Positions 49,223 through 60,599 of a stretch of 63,822 nucleotides of DNA are shown here, one piece after another. Below the pieces are notes generated by a model. That model searched no databases. It was not told the origin of the DNA and was given only the letters and a program-made list of their open reading frames with translations. Location of the stretch: contig NW_026920897.1 in NCBI RefSeq assembly GCF_032062105.1, forward strand, positions 179 through 64,000, given 5' to 3'. Position 1 is the stretch's first letter; each line of letters begins with the position of its first letter. The DNA is from Saccostrea cucullata (Eukaryota). A program made the translations under genes and the position numbers.

Positions 49223-52200
49223 ATAGATAAACGAATTTGTTGAAATAAATATCTTTTCATAAACGTTCGCTTTTTATATAAAACCGATTCGGACTCCATT
49301 TTTTGAAACGTAAATTAGGTTTTACATTTACTTTTCAATCTTTTAAACATAATTGTAGAATATAAATGGAGACTTGACTCATTCATATTTTAAAAAAAAC
49401 CCAATTCATACCCATTTTCTGGTAAATAGGCTTAACTGGGTGCCAACGTTTAAAAAAAATTAAAAATATCAATAAATCATACAATAAAATAAATTAATCA
49501 AATGTGTTAAAGATGACATAACTGATAATAGACAAATAAAACATTTCCGTGAATTATGGAAATTGAGAAATATAATGTATCGGAGCGGGAGATTGACCTC
49601 GCCTTTTACGCCCTCTTTCTTTTATCAGTCATTTGCCGGTAAATTTAAAGCTATAATTCTAGATTCAGTCATGGATTTTTTAATTTTATAGAAGTTTATG
49701 CCTTTATCTGCAAATAGGATGTATGAACATGCTTAACTTTGGTTTCATCATGTCACATATATATATTTGTATATTCGCTTCGAGGTTGCAACCATTGTCT
49801 TCATTCATAAAGGCCTCTTTACACACAAAGAGAGACATCTGGGAAATGTAAAACTGTCGGCTTATTACAAGTTAATGATTTTTTTCAAGCTGAAGAATAT
49901 ACTTATCATATTTAAAGGTGTGTTGTAATCTTAATGATGTCTTTTCATAATAGTCCACTATAATGAATTTGTGGTTTGTAGTAAAATTAATGTCCTAGAA
50001 TGTCTGGACACTTTTATCGAACTTTTCTATTTTTTAACATTTAATTTCTGAACGGTGTGACTAAGGACATCGCCCATGATGATGATTACCACGTCCCAGA
50101 TTTTTTACGCGAATATTCAGGAGGTTAATGTTGAAAATGATGGCTACATGATTATTGACCAAATTGTATCAAAATTCCATACGGATGAATAATTATTTTA
50201 ATGAAGGGGTTGCAAGCACACTCTCATAGACAACTTGTATTTTGAAATAAATCACGTGAAAATCTTATATTTGTCCCTAACAGAGTGGAGAGGTTCACAT
50301 TTTTTTTTACAATATTCTTTTGCTTAGTTTTGATATGAATTTTTTTAAGATGCTGCCTGTTGCCAAAAAAGTTAAACACTGGTAAATCCCTGCATTAAAG
50401 GAAAGTTAGAGGAAGCCACCAGAAACCCAAAGAAATAGGATTTTTGAGTAGGCGCAGTCACAGGGGCTGGTAAATACTAGTATACTGGTATTTCATTTTT
50501 ACCAACTACCGGATATATAATTATACATGCATATACACATGTACATAAGTAAGAAATATTCCTTTTGGTGTATTTAGTGAATAAGTGAAATCGAACATAA
50601 TATTACCGGCCCATGTGGGTGCAGTTTATCTGGGGATTGTTGCTGCATGTTAATTTTTTGTGGAGGTTGTCTCCCCCACCCCACCCCAACCTTGTGCCTT
50701 GTATTGTTAGGTTCGCACAAAATATTACTGGTCATGTACTTGGTATTCTATTATTAAACTGATAATGTCCTACCTGATAGTCAATTAACCATTATCAAGT
50801 CATTTTTGTTTTTACAATCACATAATTTTGGCCTTATATGACGTTACGTCACATTATACAAATTATGACGTTCCGTTTGCAATATTCTAGTGAAACAATG
50901 TCATACTGCAAACTCTCTTAAAGAAAGAGTAATATAGATATAAAAAAAAAAAGAAAAACAGTTCCACAAAGCTGGAAATCTACACTATCTGTTGTCAAGA
51001 TTTTATTAATATTTTGAATGAGGCATTTTTGACCCTTTGAGGGCCTAACTCTTTTCCGATTTAAAGTGATCGTATTAGTGTTCTATTGGAATTTTACATA
51101 GTTAACTGTACTCGCTCAGTAACATATTTATAAGTCCTTTTTCCCATGTAAACGACATTAAGAAATAATTTTCAAAAAAGGAATATACGCTTTTTGAATC
51201 GCCATTTTGACTTTTAACTTACAGCTGCACCATCACTCTATTGTAGAATAGTGAGATGTAGAGGAAAAAATACAAATCTGCAGTGCATGGATATTTGCAA
51301 ATATAAAATCCTGAACAAAGAAGAATATAGAACAATAGACAAATAAATCAGAGAAAGTTCGAATTAAGTGTAGAAACGACTAAATTTTCTGAGTTAAACT
51401 AATAATGTTAGCATTCTATTATTATTTTTATAGTTTTATCACACTCAGTAAGATATTCACACATAATTTCTTCTTTTTGAACAATATTGAGAGAAAATTA
51501 GAAAAAAAATTGATATCCGCCATTTTGAATCACCATTTTGACCTCTTTAACGCCATTTTCATGAAGGCCAGCATATTTTTTCGGATTCAACATACTCGAA
51601 ATAGGTTAAAGACTATGCTGGACCAAGTAAGAATTATTTACAGTTAGAAGTATTTTTTCTATAAATCGGACCAGACTATATCGCTAGGTCTACAGTCACG
51701 TATTCCCGAGTATCAGTGAATGCAAGTTTCATGTGCATTTCTTGTCCTAAGAACCGTAAATGCTAAAAATCCATGCGTATTATTAAGTATAAACAGCCTT
51801 GGCTGACCATTATAAAAGTTTGAAATGTTGAAAAGGGTTAATTGACCTGAACCACGTGTCTGTGATAAAATGTAAACGTAGTACTAGTAAACCAGTATGT
51901 TTTGTTGTTCTGTCTTCGGATTGGACAATGACTATGTTCGAAATAATAACAATAGCCATATAAGGTCTTTTCGGACACGCATATTCCTCTATTGTACTAA
52001 AACCCGCCCATTCTCTTGCCATAAAAGAACATAGTGTCACAAACCTGGACGAATTTAGCTGTGATAGGGTTTTAAAAAATCAAAGATAATGCAGTATTCC
52101 TTATAGTTAAAATGTGTCTGAACTATTGAAACTATTCAAAAGGCGTTGTATTTATTCACTCGTGTTTAAAAACTAACAACATCGTCGTAGAATTTACAAA

Positions 52201-53116
52201 GTTTCATTGCGTATCTTGTAGCACAGATTTACATGAATAGCAAAAATGATGGTATCGTAATAATGGGTGACTTTAATTCACGAATTGGTTCACTTTGTGA
52301 AACATTACCGGATATTGATGAGTTGCCGAAACGGCTTTCCATAGACAACAGTATCAATCAACATGGTCAGTGATTTATAGAGTTTAATGAAGTAAAGTTT
52401 TTTGTTTAGCGACAATGACAATTTTACGTCAATTTCCGGAAATGGGAAAGCTGTTGTGGATGATATATGTAAACCACAAGAAATATTTAATTATATTAAA
52501 GATTTAAAGGTATGAACCACACAGTCTATTGTAGACGCTCATATGCTACATGGATTAATTTGACCGAAATCCAATTTACCCGATCACTCAGTAATTAAAT
52601 GTGAGCTCAATGTTACGCATCACTCCCTTTCATTTAGTTCCGAAGATAAAGCGATCTGTCATAAGCATGCTAAGGGATATAGACTTGATCGGATACCGTT
52701 AGATTTCATGTCGAGTGAACTAAGAAGAGATGCATTGTTAGAAGTTATACATGAAATTTAACGGAGTAGAGAAACACAAGTAAATATAGACAAAATCTAC
52801 AGTAATTTGTGTTCGGTTATTCAATCAGAGATGGAGGAAAAGATTCCGAAATTAAAGTGGCGCATTATGACGCAAATAAGCAAATAAAAACCTGGAAACC
52901 TTCCTGGAATTCCACTTTAATGGACCTATGGAATAACATGCGATTAAAAGAAAAGGATTATATTCGATACAATGGTAGCAGACATGTAAAATCAGCATTT
53001 AGAAGAGATTATATTCAGGCAAGAGATGTTTTTGACAAAACAGTAAGACGTGAAGAACGAATATGTAGAAAATCTTCTGCGACTAAGATTGAAGTGCTCA
53101 CAACTACTGTTCCGAA

Positions 53117-53328
53117 AGACTGTCGGAAGGGACGTTAAACGGTGCCCCGTGTCAAGGATAACAACCCCCTTGGCACGCAAAAGATCGTTTCTCCGGTTTT
53201 CTGAAAAGAGTAGGCCGCCAGAGAAACCAAAAAACTCTCAAAACTGATCATTTAACATATTTTCCTGCCGAAATATGGCTGAAATATTGCCGACTCGGCG
53301 TTAAACACCAATCAATCAATCAATCAAT
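53117..53328 (+). mobile_element. 5'-truncated SINE nested in LINE
   Basis: (ATCA)n tail. TSD CTACTG(T/A)TCCGAA at 53104-16 and 53329-41. Confidence 0.88.
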
Positions 53329-53345
53329 CTACTGATCCGAAGAAA

Positions 53346-54264
53346 GAAGATGGGTGCATTTGGCGAGTGATCTGCAGGAATCATTTATACAAAACATTTA
53401 TGGTTTAAATGTCCATGATTTGGTTGGCTGAACATAGCTGGTCAGATTTTACAAACACGTACATAGGTTTTTTATTCAGTTTGAAAGACTTTGTAAAATT
53501 ACAACATTTTTGCCCGTTTTTCCTATGTGGTACTATAACATAGTTCTGTTTCACAAAAAAAAAACACCTAAAATATTTAATGCATAGATTCATGATACTT
53601 GCACATGTGCATTATTGAATAGAAGATTAGAATTGATTTCGCTCGAGAACCAAACTGAACCATTTATCTAATTCAAAATTTTAATACATCAGTATATAAA
53701 ACGCAACCGACAAAATGAATGGTTGCTTGCATGAAAAAAAAAAATTAACACCCCATGCCAGGCTCGAATCAAAAACTCGCTTTGAGTGCACTGAACAGGT
53801 AGCCCAACTTACTGAGTTATCACCGCTCCACGTATTCAAACACAAATACGTGTATTCAAAGACAAAGAAGCACCACATTCACACGTTTGGGTTTTTTGGG
53901 GGAAAGTTCATTTTTCATGGTCCCTGGGTCTTCTCTCCATTTTTTAAAAAAGTGTATTCGTTCCTTTGAATCAAGATACACACAAATAATGTTTCAAAAT
54001 TATGGAGAGACCCAGAGATAGAAAAATTAAAGAAAAACGTGTTAAAAAATGTACCATTTTGTACAGAATGTCTGATTTGGCTAATTTTTAAGTTACTTTT
54101 TTAGCAAATCAGAGCTCAATTTCGTGAAAATATTTTCCTTTTCTGTTGCACAGGAACCCGATAAATAAAAAAATGTTAAAATTTCATGTGACATGTCGAT
54201 AACATTTTCACTTTTCAATTACGCCTAGATTCCTGCCGAATGCCTATCAAAAACGCCCTCGTTC
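53346..54264. mobile_element. Non-autonomous DNA element nested in LINE
   Basis: Imperfect ~37-bp TIRs ending GCAGGAATC / GATTCCTGC. Removing the element restores the LINE frame DPKK|FWEIIKK. Confidence 0.7.
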
Positions 54265-56600
54265 TTTTGGGAAATAATAAAAAAAAAGCTAGGCCTCAGA
54301 AGTGATAACAGTATTCCGATGGAAAATATACTGGTAAATGAATCTGGAGAGATTGTAACAAGTGAGCACAAAGTTTTGGAAAAATGGCACGAAGACTTTA
54401 AGAAACTTTACAAGGGAAGCAGCAGTGACGAATTTGAAGAGGCACACTACACCCAATTTTAACTTATAAACGGAAATTGTAATGCGTGCAAAATCAAAAT
54501 CTGCAAGCGGGTATGTAGACAGAAACATAATGTTGTTCAAACTCTTGTAATATGGTGTGGATGGTAAAATTTACAATTCAATCCGAAGTATTTACCAGTT
54601 CTCTGAAGCCTATATCTGATTGAATGGAAAACTTACATTGTGGTTCTACTATAAAACAGGTGGAAAGCAGGGAGATAATCTATCACCATCACTTTTCTCC
54701 ATATTTATAAACGATCTCCTGAAGGAAGTCGATGCTCTTGACCTTGGGATAGACCTACCTTATAGGAAACTATCTGTACTACTTTATGCGGATGATATCG
54801 CCCTAATAGCCAAGAGTCCAGAAGATCTACAGTGCATCTTGGATAAGCTTCATCAGTGGTGCATGAGATGGAGAGTACTGATCAATACTGATAAATCAAA
54901 GTGTGTTCATTTCAGATAAGTGAGAACGAAACAGACAACGTTTAAATTTGTTATCGGCAAAAATAGATTGGAGAGAGTAGACCAAAACAAATATTTAGAT
55001 GTAACGTTCACCTTCAGTGGAAACTTCGCAGAGAATGCAGAGATTCTTTCAAAAGCTGGAGGAAAAGCGCTTGGGAAGATAATCTCCAAAATACATACCA
55101 ATAAAGACTTTGGAATTCAAGCTTATGAGAAGTTGTATTACTCCTGTGTAATTCCTCTTCTGGATTATGCATGGGGAGTATGGGGATACAGCAAATACCA
55201 GGCCGTTGAAAATATCTAAAACCGAGCAATCCGATATTTTTGGGGAGTGTATCGTTTTGCACCTAGACCTGCCATATACGGAGATATTGGTTGGATTCCT
55301 TGCTACTATCGACGGTGGATAAATATGGTTCGTTATTGGAACAGAATTTTGGCAATCGACAACGACCGTATCACCAGGCTTGCATTTGATATTGTGTAAT
55401 TATGTTACTATTAATCTCTATAGGAAGATACTGTCCAAAATATTCCTAAACTCCGTACGTAATTAACCTTTAAATCCACCTTTGAACAGGAGGAATATGT
55501 GACACTGAACCTTAGCAAAAGGGAACGCTCACACCTTGCCCAGTTAAGGTGTGGCATTTTAACTTTGCGAGTAGATACAGGACGCTACATAGGTGATCGA
55601 CCAGAAGAGAGAGTGTGTCGATTCTGCGATGCCGGAGTTGCTGCAACAGAAACCCATTTGTACTAGATTGTTCATTTTATACAGACATTCGAGGAAGCTC
55701 CTTCGGTGATCTGTTAGAATCGGATAAATTTCCATCTATGGATGACAGTGAAAAATAAAAACTTTGACAACTTATTACGCAACGAAGCTCGCCAAGTTTG
55801 TGGTTAAAGCCTATTCAAAAAGGAGAAATAACACTTATAAATGGATTTCTTGTTAAGATAACACTTAATGCTATGGACAATTATTTTAAAATTTCGTTTC
55901 TATGAGCATAAAGTAAATAAGTAAATGGATTATACAATGTACATACACTATCAATAAGTCCGTGAGGAAAATGTATGGCATTGACTTAAATGCAGGAGAC
56001 TTATAGGTCCAAAGGGCCGGTTGTAAAGTTTAAGTCTCTATATTTGAGATTTATTTTAATATTATGTTGTATAACACAAGCCACTATAATAAATAATTGT
56101 TATATTATTATTATAATTAGTCGTCGAAAAGGGGGCCCCAGATAGCAGTTATGTCATCTCATCCTTTATAATTATTAGAATTGTTATAGCCTGTTGTATG
56201 AAACGTTTATTTAAATATGACTAAAACTGATAAATGGGTAGTATTTTTTTAAGTTAATACACAAGGGGATATTTAGACTAGTGATCCGTTTTTAAGAACG
56301 TTTTATTTTTCTAGATTTTGCATTTTTCACCACGTTTTGTTTACTTCTCGACATGCCCAAGTGCTAAAGATTGTGCCACGCGAAGTCTCATAACAACGGG
56401 AAGTAACTCTAATACTAAGACAGCGATATGAGACATAGCCCTTATACACATTTTATCAGAAAGTTAATAAAGCTAAAGCTTAAAAAAGAGCATGGGAAAT
56501 TGATTAAACACAGATGAATAAATAATTTTAACAGAGTATTTTTTTCTGGCAAAGAAAATTGAATCGCATGCATCACGATTATCATGCTTGTAATTGTCTT

Positions 56601-56955
56601 TACCGGTCACGGTAGCCTAGTGGTAGAGCGTTCGCTTCGTGACCGGGAGGCCCGGGTTCGATTCTCGTTCGCGGCGCCGCGTCATACCTAAGACGTAAGT
56701 CGTGTAAAGGTAGTGACTGTTCCTTCGCCAGACGCTCGGCACTTGAAGTGAAAGTCACGGGTCTTTCGGATATGACCTTAAAAACGTAGGTCCCGTGTCA
56801 CGGTAGGCGCTGGCACGATAACGAACCCTCACTGCTCAATGGCCCTGAGTACCGAGTATAGGTCTAAATTTGAAGCCCTTCACCGGCATACGGTGACGTT
56901 TTCATATGAGTGAAAAATTCTCAAGAGGGACGTTAAAGAATATACAATCAATTAA
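56601..56955 (+). mobile_element. Full-length tRNA-derived SINE (Meta-like plus Deu-like domains)
   Basis: A box TAGCCTAGTGG, B box GGTTCGATTC. GTCATACC.AAGAC (Meta-like) and GTCTTTCGGAT...AGGTCCCGT (Deu-like) segments; domain names are from memory. 12-bp TSD TGTAATTGTCTT at 56589-600 and 56956-67. Confidence 0.9.
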
Positions 56956-57040
56956 TGTAATTGTCTTCCTTTATAAACCCGTTATCTAATCATGTAGTGC
57001 TCAAACATGTTGTAGCTGCCCCAAATTATTTACCTGTGTA

Positions 57041-58248
57041 CAGTGGCTACGACGTTATTGTTGACAACTTACACGAACGATCATGTTACACGAACGATTC
57101 CGCACGATTAACGCACGATTAAACCTGTTACAGGAACGATCCTTCACGCACACGATTCTACACGTTACACGATCTTACACAATTGCTAACGCAAACGCAC
57201 GATTATTCAATCAAAATAGTTCAAAATATTTAGGAATCGATATTTTCAAAACGAAATACGGTTTAATACTGATGATAGATTTCAAAGAATTATCACGATT
57301 ATTTCACCAACTTTGAAAAAAAAACTGCAATAGATATTTCTGGAACTAAATACAAGTAAGACTTATTTATCATTTTACATTATAAATAATTATTTTCTTA
57401 TTCTCCGACTTAAAAAAGCGATTTTTTTCCCGTTCTATCTGAAGATGTACATTTAGGTGGACCGTAAAATTTGATTGAATCGGATTTCATAATGTGTAAA
57501 ATATAGGGCGACATCATTCTAAAAAATGGCAGCATAGAATAACTTAAATTACAAGTTATATCCACGTTTCAATTGATTCAATGTTTGTGAATCTCTGAAA
57601 ATGAACTTACCAATTACTTAACTATTTTTTTTATTTGCAAAAATTTAAAAAAAAATTATAAAAAGTAAGGTCAAGAGATAAATACTGCTAGACAAAACCC
57701 CAAAAATCATGTCGTGTGCATGAACATTCGCCGACTTAATATCTATGTAAGCATTGAAAAATGTTTATTTATTTGTAAAAATATTAATTTTTGATGTATT
57801 AATTTTAAAAATGTATTGACCACAATTATCACTAAACAAGAATGAAAATCAGAAAAAAAAAACTGTTAAACATTCAATTACGGTTTATCGATCACAATAG
57901 TTCAAGTCCGCTATTTGACGAGAACATCATATTGTACGACTTACTATATTGATTGTTTACAAGAGATAATTAGTTCGTTCTGCATTCAACTATGTAAATT
58001 GCGCTTCATTCATTTTATTTGGATTTAAATAAAAAAAGACTCGGGAAATGCTTCTTAAACACATAACATTCCGATAAGAACTTACAAAACGGAATTTACA
58101 CGTTTCTAAACGCACGATCACGCACAATTAAAACCGCAAACGATTGAGTCTGATACACGCACGATCTCGCACGTTACACGAACGATCACGAACGATACAC
58201 GAACGATTCTACACGATTGGTTTGTCAACAATAATGTTGCAGCCACTG
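57041..58248. mobile_element. TA-flanked TIR element (Tc1/mariner-like MITE) with subterminal repeats
   Basis: TIRs CAGTGGCTACGACGTTATTGTTGACAA / TTGTCAACAATAATGTTGCAGCCACTG, TA flanks, and CACG(A/C)ACGAT repeats near both ends. Confidence 0.85.
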
Positions 58249-59028
58249 TACAGGGTAATAAATTCTCAAAATATTGATCATCTGCTGATCAGCTGATTGA
58301 CTCTCCATTGACTGTCACACTTCACAGCATAGGCGCTGATTAACTACTTGTTTGTTTAGCACAGTTCGCTTTCCTTCGAGGAATGCGAGATGCATGGCTG
58401 TCGTAGTATAAACACAATTAACTACTCAAGTGATTAAAAAAGTAGGTGTCAGGAAATGCAATAAAATTTAATCATAGCAAATGCCGATTTTAATCATGAC
58501 GCTGCTCATTTAACCACGGCACACATAAATTGTAACCATGGCGGACCGCCATGGTACATGTAAAACCCTTGTAGAGAACCCTGTGAGTAGTACTAGCAGC
58601 CTAGCCGGGTGGGTCAACTGAGTGCACTTTTTATGCAAATGAAGTCAAAAATACTGGATTCTTATTGGCTAAGCCGCTGGGTGGTTCAAGGGAGTGCAGG
58701 TTTGGGGCCTGGGGGGGGGGGTAGGTGGGTCAACTCAATACAGCCCCTGGGGTGGGGCTAGTTGGGTCAACTCAGTACAGCCCTGGGGTGTGGGGGTTAG
58801 GTGGGTACAGATCCCTGAGGGGGCTAGGGGGTTTACACTGTATATAGTTTTTTACTATACGCTGCTACTACGATTTGGCAGCGAGTCAAGAATGTGATTA
58901 TGACGTCACATCTTCATTCACAGTCAAAGCCAGCCGGTTTAAACTGGATTTTCTGAAAACAATAACACTAACACACAATACAGACAATAACAATGGAATC
59001 TTATTCAGAATCAAAATACATACATAAA

Positions 59029-59793
59029 TTACTTTTTCTTCTTCTGTGCCTTATCGGTCGTCAGGGACAGTTTCCTCTTGTGAGTAGTGCTGGTGCTGGG
59101 AATCTCTCTGTTGTTTTCCTGAGTCTTTTTCTCCTTTTTGTCTCCTTCTTTCACTAAGGGTTTGGTCTGGTGTGTCCCTGAGGTCCTGGGTTCTTGAAAC
59201 TTTTTCTCCAGTTTTTCTATTTCTTTTACGAATTGTTGATCCTCCTCATCCTCTGGACATTTATTAGCCCAATGGCCAAATTTCCCGCACTTGTAGCACA
59301 AATCCTCTATTTTTCTGGGGCAGTCTTGGGCCCAATGCCCCAACTCTTTACAGATGCAGCAGTCCGTCTGTCTTGTTTTCTTAGTACCTCCTGATCCCCC
59401 CTGTCCCTCTTTTTTTTTTTGGTAAGTGCTTCCTCCTCCTCTCTTTTTTTCTTGCATGTTAGTGACTTTCAATTCTGATTTGGACAATCTCCCTCGGATC
59501 AGAGCAAATTCACTGGTGTTGTAACTTTTCAGATCAGTCAGCTTGTTGTCAAGATCACTCACCTTCTTGTCAATATAATTCAGCTTGTTGTCAATACCAG
59601 TCAGCATGTTGACAATCCCATCCGGAGTTGTAGTCAAAATACCCATTTCTTCTTTATTCATGTATTCTGGAAGATTATACATGCCCAAGTCCAATCCCAC
59701 TTCATCCTGTGACTCTGGCTTGGGGGCTCCTACATACCCTTCAAGTGTCAAATAACTAGGTTTGTCTGGAGTATTCATCATTGCTTCTGCCAT
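59029..59793 (-). CDS. 254-aa coiled-coil protein with two CCHC zinc knuckles
   Basis: Intact ORF with good Kozak context (ATTATGG). Heptads IDNKLNYIDKKVSDLDNKLTDL. Knuckles CCICKELGHWAQDC and CYKCGKFGHWANKC. Basic C-terminus. Confidence 0.85.
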   Translation of the reverse strand: MAEAMMNTPDKPSYLTLEGYVGAPKPESQDEVGLDLGMYNLPEYMNKEEMGILTTTPDGIVNMLTGIDNKLNYIDKKVSDLDNKLTDLKSYNTSEFALIRGRLSKSELKVTNMQEKKRGGGSTYQKKKEGQGGSGGTKKTRQTDCCICKELGHWAQDCPRKIEDLCYKCGKFGHWANKCPEDEEDQQFVKEIEKLEKKFQEPRTSGTHQTKPLVKEGDKKEKKTQENNREIPSTSTTHKRKLSLTTDKAQKKKK

Positions 59794-60062
59794 AATATTT
59801 TCACGTCTGTCAAGTTCAAAATGTCAACGAAGACTGATCATCAAATCCCAGTTTTTCTTTATATACCTGTTGGATCTGTAAGGGTCGTGTGCATCAATAC
59901 GTTAGACTAACGTTTTGTCCCCCTCGCGCGCGCGTGCATCACCCTCGCTCGTTTCACCTACGTTTTTTTTTTCTGAGTCACTGAAACTGTGCGTTCTGTA
60001 TACGTCTCCAGAGGGGGTATAAATGAGAAAAAAGTCTGGTCCTTTCTCAACAATCGACAATC
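59794..60062. promoter_or_regulatory. Putative bidirectional promoter
   Basis: TATATAAA on the minus strand at 59858-65, TATAAAT on the plus strand at 60018-24, and a CpG tract CGCGCGCGCG between them. Confidence 0.55.
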
Positions 60063-60599
60063 ATGTCAACCCTTACACACACTCGCTCTCTGATTTTAGA
60101 TGGGTATGATTGTTTAGTGCGATGGGCACAGAACAACCAAGAAGTATTTTCACAAGCGAGCACTATTATGGAAACCACTCATGATTTGTAGTTACAATGC
60201 CTAGCCTTATCACATCATGCGACCATGGGGAGACTAGCTACAATACATTTCTTATGTCTATATATGAAAACAACTCTGCCCCAGAAATGGTTCGGACTGA
60301 GCCTGACCCATTCTTTCGGAAAGCCGTACAGTTTCCTGACCCATCCTCAAGCGGCAAAAGTGATTTTACTGTGGCAGGAAATAGATGCGATGGAGAAAGT
60401 ATGTATTCAATACGTAAAAAAAATGGCTGGAAATTTCACACAGGCTAGGAAATCAGTGACTTTTAATACCAGCCTCAATCAAATCTATGATTTGCCCCCC
60501 GAAGACCGGAGAAGTCCCTGGATGAAATTAGTAGCTGATCGAATACGATTCCGGAGGAGAATTCGTCAGTTAGAAGCTTTGGTAGTCTTTAAAAAATAA
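60063..60599 (+). CDS. PPP1R15/GADD34/ICP34.5/DP71L-like PP1-eIF2alpha adaptor; 178 codons with one in-frame TAG, or 124 aa from ATG 60225
   Basis: C-terminal RKSVTF (RVxF) and RRSPWMKLVADRIRFRRRI. ATG 60063 is in frame with 60225, with TAG at 60189-91. The stop codon overlaps AATAAA at 60595-600. Confidence 0.8.

Larger units (their letters stand above)
42565..51678. mobile_element. Academ-like DNA transposon with ~600-bp TIRs and nested insertions
   Basis: Left end is TAATCTGGTCC here and TAGTCTGGTCC in the duplicated copies at 39079 and 40817; right end is GGACCAGACTA. TAT is duplicated at 42562-64 and 51679-81. 42565-43570 is the reverse complement of ~51050-51678. No intact transposase. 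Confidence 0.7.
52190..56118 (+). mobile_element. L2/CR1-group LINE, degenerate, with two nested insertions
   Basis: APE motifs IMGDFNSRIG and PDH. RT motifs KQGDNLSPSLFSIFINDL and LLYADDIAL. C-terminal LAQLRCGIL...TGRY...CRFC...HFVLDC-like zinc motif, broken by a frameshift. AATAAA and (TTA)n tail. N-terminal RT subdomains deleted at ~54515. Confidence 0.92.

Noticed and set aside
56603-56675. Functional tRNA gene
   Set aside because: It is the head of a SINE with body, tail and TSD, and the acceptor stem is not intact.
58694-58897. Gly/Trp-rich 67-aa ORF
   Set aside because: Translation of the G-rich terminal repeats from a non-ATG start.
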